Shown here one piece after another: positions 1-7,273 of a DNA stretch of 64,000 nucleotides. The DNA lies in IMG/VR virus record IMGVR_UViG_3300035698_025354, one strand, 5' to 3'. The stretch's first letter is position 1. Every line of letters begins with the position of its first letter. The DNA is from a virus. Lineage: Duplodnaviria > Heunggongvirae > Uroviricota > Caudoviricetes. The notes under the pieces are model-generated. The model did not search any database and was not told the origin of the DNA. It saw nothing but the letters and a program-made list of their open reading frames with translations. Position numbers and translations under genes: made by a program.

Positions 1-158
1 GCATCTATTACAGTAGACCAAGCAATAAAGATGAAAGAGATAAATTAGCGAAAGAACAACAAGAAGAAGTGCTAGCAAACCACACATACCATAATAGGTT
101 ATCGGTATTGTTTGATAGTTTAGATTTAAAAGATGACGCTGAATTTATGCTAGCATAA
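1..158 (+). CDS. 3' end of an upstream gene (partial), hypothetical protein
   Basis: Open frame from the window edge to TAA at 156-158. The minus-strand ORF 145..342 that overlaps it has implausible composition. Confidence 0.3.
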   Translation, partial: IYYSRPSNKDERDKLAKEQQEEVLANHTYHNRLSVLFDSLDLKDDAEFMLA

Positions 159-172
159 TTTGGGAATTATAA

Positions 173-820
173 ATGGCATTAGCTACTGATAAAATAGTTT
201 TTTTACATGTTCCAAAAACCGGTGGGATATGGATTAAAAATGCACTGAATTCTCTTGGTTTGAATCCTATTGAAATTGGGACACAGCATGATTCATTTCC
301 AGAATTATTTAATTCTGAGCCAAGAGAATTTTTTGAAAACAAATTGGTCTTTACTTTTATAAGGCACCCAGTCTTTTGGTATCAATCTAGATGGGCATTT
401 AGAATAAAACATGGATGGCAATCAAGACATCCATTAGATTTTAATTGTGCGTCTAATGATTTTCTTTTGTTTGTTGATAAAGCTTTGTCTTATAAACCAG
501 ATGGGTGGTGCTCTTGGTTATTTGAACGATATATTAGCAAAGATACTGGTCTTGTTGATAAAATAGGTAGAACAGAAAATCTCGTAGGGGATTTTATTGA
601 TATTATGCGTGAGGCTGGTCATGACGTGGATGAACAACAGGTTAGAGATTTTTCTTTTGTTAATTCATCGGATATGGATGGCTTTGGATCAAAATATTGG
701 GCTAAATATTCAGAAGAATTGTTAGATAGAGTGATGGTTGTTGAGGATTCTATAATAAGCCGATACTATCATGATTTTCCGATTGATCCCAAAACCCTTT
801 GTGGATCTCGAAATTATTGA
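173..820 (+). CDS. carbohydrate sulfotransferase-family protein
   Basis: N-terminal HVPKTGG resembles the 5'-PAPS-binding loop (PKTGGT-type). A downstream FIRHPVFWYQSRW resembles the 3'-phosphate-binding R-x-P...S motif of sulfotransferases. Size about 215 aa. Confidence 0.55.
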   Translation: MALATDKIVFLHVPKTGGIWIKNALNSLGLNPIEIGTQHDSFPELFNSEPREFFENKLVFTFIRHPVFWYQSRWAFRIKHGWQSRHPLDFNCASNDFLLFVDKALSYKPDGWCSWLFERYISKDTGLVDKIGRTENLVGDFIDIMREAGHDVDEQQVRDFSFVNSSDMDGFGSKYWAKYSEELLDRVMVVEDSIISRYYHDFPIDPKTLCGSRNY

Positions 821-1520
821 GGTTTTTAACTTTCCATTTATTATACCCAATTGTGCAATTGTTGTTTAGATGAACACATGACACATCTGTGGTAAATCCA
901 ATAAATTTTTTCAGTTTCAATGCTTGACTACAAATATACCCATCATCATGTCCAAATATGCAGTCTCCTGGGTATCCATTAATAGATTCAAAAAATTTTT
1001 TTGATATTAAAAACAAAGAGCCAGCAGTTTTTATGTTGTAATATATTCCCTGTTGAATTTGTTTTTTATACTTAAATCCATCATAGCCACCATGCATTGT
1101 TAAATTTTTATTCTTTAATTGTTCTTGGAATGTGTCTTTATGATTTTTTTGTAGCACTGGAGCTATGGCCCCGAATTGTTTGGTTTTATTTGCTGCAGAT
1201 ATTAATTTATATAACCATTTTGGTGGGACTAAAATATCGCAATCTAGCGATACTATATATGGTGATCTTTTGTTTTTCATTATAAGGTGGTACCATTTTT
1301 TAAATGATGCTCCTTTACCGATGTTTTCATTGTTTCTTATTATTTTAATATTATGTGCTTGATAATTATTTAATTCTTTATTAATTGAGCCACATGAATT
1401 GTCTATTATTGTTAAGTTATATGGAACGTGTGTGTTTTGTATTATTGAATCTATACATAATGTGAAATCTTGTGGTCTATGATATGATATTGCTATTATT
1501 TCAATTGGTTCATATAACAT
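750..1520 (-). CDS. glycosyltransferase family 2
   Basis: The N-terminal Rossmann-like segment IIAISYHRPQDFTLCIDSIIQNT...LTIIDNSCG and a DxD motif (LDCDILV) are typical of GT2. It overlaps the sulfotransferase gene end-to-end, convergently. Confidence 0.6.
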   Translation of the reverse strand: MLYEPIEIIAISYHRPQDFTLCIDSIIQNTHVPYNLTIIDNSCGSINKELNNYQAHNIKIIRNNENIGKGASFKKWYHLIMKNKRSPYIVSLDCDILVPPKWLYKLISAANKTKQFGAIAPVLQKNHKDTFQEQLKNKNLTMHGGYDGFKYKKQIQQGIYYNIKTAGSLFLISKKFFESINGYPGDCIFGHDDGYICSQALKLKKFIGFTTDVSCVHLNNNCTIGYNKWKVKNLNNFEIHKGFWDQSENHDSIGLL

Positions 1521-1604
1521 ATTTTTAGATACACAAAAGGCACAGGATGTGAATAATTCCTGTGCCTTTTTATATTAGTTTGTAAAAGTGATTAATTTTT
1601 TATT

Positions 1605-1802
1605 TTATAAACTTTCTAATTGTCCTAAATCGAGGCGTTGCAATTCGATTGTTATTTGTGCTCCTGAAGCAATCATGGTCTGGTTTGCAACGCTCGATGC
1701 GACATTAGAAAGCGAATTTGCAGACGCAATACTAATGTCATTTACCAGAATTGGTATTACTTGTTCTGATACATTGCTGATTGTAGTTAATTTTGTAGCC
1801 AT
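1605..1802 (-). CDS. small hypothetical protein (65 aa, Ala/Ser/Ile-rich)
   Basis: ATG preceded by GGAGAAAT at good spacing on the minus strand. It lies directly upstream of, and co-oriented with, the GT2 gene. The overlapping + strand ORF 1588..1839 has a GTG start and no RBS. Confidence 0.35.
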   Translation of the reverse strand: MATKLTTISNVSEQVIPILVNDISIASANSLSNVASSVANQTMIASGAQITIELQRLDLGQLESL

Positions 1803-1831
1803 TTTAAATTTCTCCTATGTCGTATTTTTGA

Positions 1832-2719
1832 TTGGATAGAAAATTGCCTGATTTTTCTGTGGTCACATGTATTTCAAAACCCGATGTTTATGAATCATGC
1901 CTGTTAAGCTCAATAAATGCAACTAGAGGTAATTTTGATGTAGAAATTATCCCTCTTATAAATCATAATAATCTGTATTCGGCCAGTAATGCTCTTAATA
2001 TATGTTTAGATGCTGCAAATAGTGATATTGTGATTTTCGCTCACCAGGACGTGAAATTATTGCCAAGTTGGTTTGATATATTATCATCGACTGTCAATAA
2101 ATTGCCTGAAGATTGGGGAATTCTTGGATCTGCTGGGATTGATCTTCAATATAAAAGAGAGGATATTGGTAAATGGGGCGGTGCGAGAAATGTTAAAACC
2201 GTTGCTGTTGGAACAGTGTATGATAATGATCCAGAAATATCAGGTGACCCATATTGGGACGGTGCCAAAGAATTGACACAATCTCACTGTGCTGATGAAT
2301 GTTTATTTATATTGAATAAAAAAACTGGATTAAGGTTTGACGCACAATTCACTGGGTTTCACTTTTATGGTGTTGATATTTGTTTGCAAGCTAGATCTGC
2401 GGCATACTCAGTTTATTGCTCGCATTTACCAATAGTCCATTATGGTAAATATTCTGCCAGTTTTTCTGGTGATAAAAAGTATTGGGTATATCTTAGGTAT
2501 CTGCATAATAAGTGGAAATTAAGGTTTCCGGATATGCTTGGAACTCATATGCACTGGGGTAAAGATCCTGAAAGAGAAACGGATGAACTTACTAGTTATA
2601 TATCCTTACAATTGGAAGATAATAGTGGTTTGTCTGTTGGAATAAAGTCAATGGGTATTGAAAAAGCTAAATTGAGTGTTGATGAATCGAATAATTTTAT
2701 AGGCGGATATGATGCTTAA
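1832..2719 (+). CDS. glycosyltransferase-like protein (GT2-like fold)
   Basis: FSVVTCISKPDVYESCLLSSI...DIVIFAHQDVKLLPSW resembles the GT2 N-terminal nucleotide-sugar binding region and a DxD-like motif. The start codon is uncertain (TTG/GTG). Confidence 0.45.
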   Translation: MDRKLPDFSVVTCISKPDVYESCLLSSINATRGNFDVEIIPLINHNNLYSASNALNICLDAANSDIVIFAHQDVKLLPSWFDILSSTVNKLPEDWGILGSAGIDLQYKREDIGKWGGARNVKTVAVGTVYDNDPEISGDPYWDGAKELTQSHCADECLFILNKKTGLRFDAQFTGFHFYGVDICLQARSAAYSVYCSHLPIVHYGKYSASFSGDKKYWVYLRYLHNKWKLRFPDMLGTHMHWGKDPERETDELTSYISLQLEDNSGLSVGIKSMGIEKAKLSVDESNNFIGGYDA

Positions 2720-3530
2720 AGCTATAATGCTATGCCACCCATCTTCAAAAGAACTGATTTCTAAATCTGCTTTTAGATCTAAAAAAGTTGATTGTATTAG
2801 AATATCATGCGGTATGTCTAAAGTTAAAAATTGTGACTTTTCTGAATCAAATGATTTTTTCCCAACATATGCCCCATGGAATTCAGCTTTATTTGAAACA
2901 TCTGTTATCTTGACGGTATGGGAACACGCTGATCAACTGATTGGTGATAATAATGTTGCGATAATTCATTCGGATATTACACCAAATCATCAACCATCAA
3001 AATCTTGGGCTAAAATTGATAAGTGGTTAGATTCTAACCCAGACAAATCGGTTGGTTTAACTGTTCCAAATTCGTATATGGGTCTTTTCGATGATTGGAC
3101 TATACCTGATGATTTTCCTATAACAGTTAATAATGACCCAATGTTGTTGCATGCATTTGATAATAATCTACATGTTTGGGATTTTATTAAAGATTATGAT
3201 TATGATATTTGGGAATGGGCTATGGACTCTAATCCAAGAATGATATATTCACACCAATTTGCGTGCACAAGGAAAACTTTTGATTATCTTGGAAATAAAT
3301 TATACAACACAATCAGCAATCTTCGATTTAAAGATGTTGGATTTTGGACACCACATGTTTTTGAAAGGCTTATCAGTTTGTATTTAGCTAAATTGAGTGA
3401 GCCAATTCTATCAACTGCTTTTTGGCATTATTCTTCATCTGGGGTGCTTGGGCCAGGAGATCAATGCTTGTATGGCCCAAGGGCTTTAAAATATTATAAA
3501 ACATCTACTAGAGCAAATCAAAATTTCTAA
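2709..3530 (+). CDS. hypothetical protein, possible glycan-modification accessory enzyme
   Basis: 273 aa ORF that overlaps the upstream GT gene by a few codons (operon-like). No motif recognised. Confidence 0.4.
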   Translation: MMLKAIMLCHPSSKELISKSAFRSKKVDCIRISCGMSKVKNCDFSESNDFFPTYAPWNSALFETSVILTVWEHADQLIGDNNVAIIHSDITPNHQPSKSWAKIDKWLDSNPDKSVGLTVPNSYMGLFDDWTIPDDFPITVNNDPMLLHAFDNNLHVWDFIKDYDYDIWEWAMDSNPRMIYSHQFACTRKTFDYLGNKLYNTISNLRFKDVGFWTPHVFERLISLYLAKLSEPILSTAFWHYSSSGVLGPGDQCLYGPRALKYYKTSTRANQNF

Positions 3531-3804
3531 CCAATTCAAAAGCCTCGTTTACAAATTTGTTGATATCATCAGCACGAATATCACGTTCTAGCATTACTTT
3601 TGGTGGTGATTTAAGCAATCTGATCTTATTATCTTCTATTACTATATAAGCAATTATTTTATCTGAAAATTTGATTTCTAAAAAATAATTATAAAAATAA
3701 TAAGAATCTTTAGTGATTTTAAATTTCATTGGGAATGAAGTGCCACGTTGTTTATCTTCAATGATGCTTATGATTTGTTTTAAAATTTTTCTGTTGAGAT
3801 CCAT
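3508..3804 (-). CDS. hypothetical protein
   Basis: 98 aa ORF, first of a three-gene minus-strand block (3508-4648). Coding-like composition. Confidence 0.35.
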   Translation of the reverse strand: MDLNRKILKQIISIIEDKQRGTSFPMKFKITKDSYYFYNYFLEIKFSDKIIAYIVIEDNKIRLLKSPPKVMLERDIRADDINKFVNEAFELVRNFDLL

Positions 3805-3913
3805 TTTTATTTCCGGTTCTGTGGACGATTTTAAACAATTGTCTTTGCCTCTTTCGTCTGCTCTCCCGAATTGGTTGTTTTTAGTAATGTTTCGTATTAG
3901 AAATTGAATTAGT

Positions 3914-4210
3914 TTATCGAACCCGCTTGATCGTAAAACCCGTAATGTCGTCTAGTGCATTTATCACTTCCCCTTTCGGCAACATCGTAAGCTCTGCAGT
4001 TTCGCCGCTAACAGAAACCGCAGCACCATTCAGATCAACCCCATGTGGCAACCCGATAAAACGGAAAGGCAATTCGCAATTCCTGCAACGAATCGAAATG
4101 CTTGCAGTAAATCTCACAGGTGGTTCTTTTCCATCGTTTCCAAGCATTCTCCCGCATTCAACTGATACATCAAACTCTAAATGATTGCATTCAGATTGTT
4201 TTTTGTTCAT
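3914..4210 (-). CDS. Cys-rich putative zinc-binding protein
   Basis: 98 aa with cysteine pairs (SECNH...ECGR and CRNCE). Its GC content is visibly higher than its neighbours. Confidence 0.4.
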   Translation of the reverse strand: MNKKQSECNHLEFDVSVECGRMLGNDGKEPPVRFTASISIRCRNCELPFRFIGLPHGVDLNGAAVSVSGETAELTMLPKGEVINALDDITGFTIKRVR

Positions 4211-4255
4211 CTTTAATTTTTCCTTTCGATTTACAAAGCTCGTTTAGAATAAAAG

Positions 4256-4648
4256 TTATTTTCCACTTTTTGAAAAGTCATATATAAATCTTATCATTTT
4301 TTCTTTGCATTTTATTGTGAATTTGTCATCGTCTATTAATTTTCCCAATAATTGTGGGTAACCGGAATCACAAAGGTAGTAATACATTAAAAGTAGGGTT
4401 TCACCATCATCTGATATAATATACATGCTTTCCATGGAACTAGACCATTTAGCATGATTGTCCCATAAACTTTTGGCACGTTTAAATGGTCCTTTATTTC
4501 CAAATTCAAATTTTACATAACTTTCGAATTTATGCTTCGGAATTTCTACACAAACATGTGGTTTTGTGTTTGGCTCATTTGGTACTTGCTTAACATGTTG
4601 TGTGCTACTAAAATACGCAATAAATGGTTCGATTTTTGGTTCTTGCAT
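4256..4648 (-). CDS. hypothetical protein
   Basis: 130 aa ORF on the minus strand, diverging from the cupin gene at 4684. Confidence 0.4.
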   Translation of the reverse strand: MQEPKIEPFIAYFSSTQHVKQVPNEPNTKPHVCVEIPKHKFESYVKFEFGNKGPFKRAKSLWDNHAKWSSSMESMYIISDDGETLLLMYYYLCDSGYPQLLGKLIDDDKFTIKCKEKMIRFIYDFSKSGK

Positions 4649-4683
4649 ACTATTCCTTTTTCAATTAAAATACTGGTGGTAAT

Positions 4684-5019
4684 ATGGATTCAATTCGCCC
4701 TTGGGGTAAGTATTGCGATCATTTTAGGTCAAATCAAGTAGTATTTAAAATGATCTACGTTGATCCCGGTAAAAGATTATCCTTACAATCTCATGACTTT
4801 AGAGAAGAAGTTTGGATTTGCATAGACGGATGTGGTGTTGCAACAATCGATTCTGAGATAATTGAACTTGGTAAGAATGTTAGAGTTGATATTAATAAAA
4901 AGCAAATTCATAGGCTTGAAAATACTGGTAATGCAGTTCTCGTTATTGCTGAAACACAAATTGGGCTATGTTATGAGGATGATATTGTCAGGTATGAGGA
5001 TGATTTTGGAAGAAAATGA
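4684..5019 (+). CDS. cupin-domain protein, mannose-6-phosphate isomerase (type II C-terminal domain)-like
   Basis: A small double-stranded beta-helix signature: G..L.SHDF.EEVWI...G.G (metal-binding His/Glu pattern) and HRLEN, typical of PMI/GDP-mannose pathway cupins. 111 aa. Confidence 0.5.
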   Translation: MDSIRPWGKYCDHFRSNQVVFKMIYVDPGKRLSLQSHDFREEVWICIDGCGVATIDSEIIELGKNVRVDINKKQIHRLENTGNAVLVIAETQIGLCYEDDIVRYEDDFGRK

Positions 5020-5048
5020 CTATTATATAAAGATAAAGTGAATAAATT

Positions 5049-5258
5049 ATGCATTATGGTGTTCCGCAGCTTGGCAGATGTTATAAGACCAAACGAGTGA
5101 AAATTATGACTATGTATGCAGATACCTTTGCAGAAGAAAAATTTTTGACCATATTAGAAGAAGGTTTTAGAGAAGGAAATATCGAACATTTTTCTTTGAA
5201 AATGAATGATGGTCGTGAAATATTTTTCACATTCCCAGATAAAGAGGAAGAAGTTTGA
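5049..5258 (+). CDS. hypothetical small protein
   Basis: 69 aa ORF, first of four tightly packed small genes. The true start may be an internal Met. Confidence 0.3.
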   Translation: MHYGVPQLGRCYKTKRVKIMTMYADTFAEEKFLTILEEGFREGNIEHFSLKMNDGREIFFTFPDKEEEV

Positions 5259-5707
5259 TTATAAATATAGAAGATATCTTAAAAGACCAGGTACCTGAGA
5301 TCGAAACGATAATTCGATATCAACGATCAGACGCAGGTCAGGGTCATTATCCTTCACAGAGCAGCAGAGATCGTACATACATGGCTATGCGGTACGATGC
5401 TTTTACTGAGAAAATTTTTTCTGTTTATTATTATGATACGAGCAGCAATTGCAAAACTTTCTTTTTAGATATTATGCAAAATATCGATCTGACTATCGTT
5501 GTGACATCGATTAGTGCTACAGAATCTGAAACATTCGAATATGATTTAAATAATCAAAAGGATTTTATTAAATTAGTTGATGATGTTAAGAATTTCTTAA
5601 CATCATCAACTATAAGACAAAAAGCAATACGAGGGGTACTTTCGCATAGTGATGTTTCTAGAAGTAAACGATTAGCGGAGGCATGGGCTTCTCGTAAAGG
5701 GAATTAA
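5255..5707 (+). CDS. hypothetical protein (paralog of 5926..6282)
   Basis: The N-terminus IINIEDILKDQVPEIE and the internal YDLNNQKDFIKLVDDVKNF match IIDILKDQIPEISE and YDMNNQKDLLELIHNIK of the downstream gene. Confidence 0.45.
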   Translation: MIINIEDILKDQVPEIETIIRYQRSDAGQGHYPSQSSRDRTYMAMRYDAFTEKIFSVYYYDTSSNCKTFFLDIMQNIDLTIVVTSISATESETFEYDLNNQKDFIKLVDDVKNFLTSSTIRQKAIRGVLSHSDVSRSKRLAEAWASRKGN

Positions 5708-5725
5708 CTAAGAAAGAAACAAAAA

Positions 5726-5923
5726 ATGGATAATTTTGGTGCTAAGGTGTACAGAATGTCCGATGGTAAGGTTGTTGTAAAACAAACAAAACAAAATAAA
5801 AATAGGTATACTGTTTGCCTACGCAATGATTTTACACATATACAAAGAGTGATTGTAAAGTCTGATGATCAAGCTAAATGCATTGGCGAGGCTATTTTAG
5901 ATGCATTTGATGGAAAAATCTAA
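5726..5923 (+). CDS. hypothetical small protein
   Basis: 65 aa ORF sitting between the two paralogs. Confidence 0.35.
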   Translation: MDNFGAKVYRMSDGKVVVKQTKQNKNRYTVCLRNDFTHIQRVIVKSDDQAKCIGEAILDAFDGKI

Positions 5924-5925
5924 TT

Positions 5926-6282
5926 ATGAATATAATTGATATATTAAAAGATCAAATACCTGAAATTAGCGAAGTGATACATTTTGGCTCTGTTCGAACA
6001 GAGCAAAGTATTAGTGTCACTTCTACTATGTATTATACTGAAGATTCTGAAACCTTGCGATCCATCCCCAATCGTAATAAAAGTGTTGAGTTATTAGATA
6101 TCACACAAAATGGTGACATTATAACATATTCAGGTAAATATATAAATAATGAAAGAAGATATGATATGAATAATCAGAAAGATTTGCTTGAATTAATACA
6201 CAATATAAAGCTGGAAATTAAAGCTAATTTAAATTCATGGCGAGCAGCCATAAATTTGGCTAAATTCATGGCTGGAAATTAA
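5926..6282 (+). CDS. hypothetical protein (paralog of 5255..5707)
   Basis: Shared N-terminal and internal motifs with 5255..5707. Its 3' end lies inside a 45 bp tandem duplication. Confidence 0.45.
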   Translation: MNIIDILKDQIPEISEVIHFGSVRTEQSISVTSTMYYTEDSETLRSIPNRNKSVELLDITQNGDIITYSGKYINNERRYDMNNQKDLLELIHNIKLEIKANLNSWRAAINLAKFMAGN

Positions 6283-6321
6283 AGCTAATTTAAATTCATG
6301 GTAAGCAGCCATAAATAAGCG
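6228..6321 (+). repeat. two direct copies of a ~45 bp unit (ctggaaattaaagctaatttaaattcatgg[c/t][g/a]agcagccataaat) separated by a short spacer, spanning the stop codon of 5926..6282
   Basis: Read directly: copy 1 at about 6228-6272, copy 2 at about 6277-6321, differing at two positions. Confidence 0.6.
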
Positions 6322-6610
6322 ATAAAAAAGCCGCTTCTATTGCCTCGTACCATCCTTCTTGTAAATCATCTATGCTTTTTAATCCGTGATTTATGTCTGC
6401 CGGTATAAATATTTGTATAATCCCTTGTGATAATTTTAATATTGCTGGATCTATTCGTACATCAGTGCCAAATTCGCCTTTTATATCCCTACCTTTTTTA
6501 CGTTTTATCACTGCGTAAATATAACAATCAAATTCGGTTACTTGCGGTGGAATTGCTTGCAAGAATGGTGATGTGATTCTTCTTGTTAGAATTATGTCTT
6601 TGTTTTCCAT
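6296..6610 (-). CDS. hypothetical protein (~104 aa)
   Basis: ATG at 6608-6610 (MENKDIIL...). The ORF-track TTG start at 6697 would add an implausible N-terminus. A weak resemblance to tunnel-fold/QueF-like TEF..C segments was not trusted. Confidence 0.35.
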   Translation of the reverse strand: MENKDIILTRRITSPFLQAIPPQVTEFDCYIYAVIKRKKGRDIKGEFGTDVRIDPAILKLSQGIIQIFIPADINHGLKSIDDLQEGWYEAIEAAFLSLIYGCLP

Positions 6611-6628
6611 GATGTTATTTACGGGGTG

Positions 6629-6973
6629 ATGATTGTGACAACAATTACTGATGTTAATAGTGAACTTGCTGAAAGTGCTTTGAATATTCAAAATCAAATT
6701 AATAAATTGAACAAAGAGCTTGATGCTAAAAAAGAAGAGCTACGGACAATCGCAAATGGCAATAAAATGGAAATTATTGTCCCAGAAATCGGAAAGGTTA
6801 CTGTTTCGTCTCCGCGTGATGGAAGTGAGAGAACTGTTATGGTCTTTAATGAGGAAAGACTAAAAGAATCCCCAGTTCTTCGTAAGAAACTTCTTGATAA
6901 AAATATTATTAAAGAAGAAATTAAGAAAGTTTCTCCAGCTAAAGCATCTGTTTCTATTAAACCAAATGTGTGA
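6629..6973 (+). CDS. hypothetical coiled-coil protein
   Basis: 114 aa, K/E-rich heptad-like sequence. ATG at 6629 with a weak GGGG upstream. It starts only about 18 bp from the divergent gene 6296..6610. Confidence 0.4.
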   Translation: MIVTTITDVNSELAESALNIQNQINKLNKELDAKKEELRTIANGNKMEIIVPEIGKVTVSSPRDGSERTVMVFNEERLKESPVLRKKLLDKNIIKEEIKKVSPAKASVSIKPNV

Positions 6974-7149
6974 ATATGTTGGGGGGAGTTATATGGCGGT
7001 ACTTCAATGTTATTGCCATCTAGCGTACCTCAGCCCATCCGGGAACTAGTTTAAGTTGTACAACCGATTTAAAAAGTAGTCCAGAGGGTTTTCCTACCGG
7101 GAAGAAAGTCGCGGGTGCAAATCCTAGCCGCTGGCCCCCCAACATTTTA

Positions 7150-7210
7150 AATAACAAAAGCCAGTTGTTGGTATTGTCTGACAATTGGCTTTTGTTATTA
7201 ACAGTTAATA
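7150..7210. terminator. bidirectional rho-independent terminator hairpin
   Basis: Near-perfect 18 bp inverted repeat aataacaaaagccaGttg / caaTtggcttttgttatt with a 14 nt loop. U-rich 3' flanks in both orientations. Confidence 0.5.
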
Positions 7211-7212
7211 TT

Positions 7213-7241
7213 TTGTTTGTAACATATTCGGGTAGTATTAA
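7213..7241 (+). promoter_or_regulatory. candidate sigma70-like promoter for the ligase gene
   Basis: TTGTTT-N17-TATTAA, about 30 bp upstream of the ligase ATG at 7274. Pattern match only. Confidence 0.25.
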
Positions 7242-7273
7242 AAAGTAAAACTTTTGCAAATTGGGATTGAAAT

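Noticed and set aside
1588-1839. + strand 83 aa ORF
   Set aside because: GTG start without RBS and Cys/Phe-rich odd composition. The antisense ORF 1605..1802 has an RBS and is co-oriented with the downstream GT2 gene.
7020-7150. Possible tRNA or tRNA-like gene in the GC-rich intergenic segment
   Set aside because: I could not assemble an acceptor stem, D-arm or a GTTC-type T-arm on either strand. No CCA-adjacent acceptor complementarity. Kept only as a possible structured RNA.
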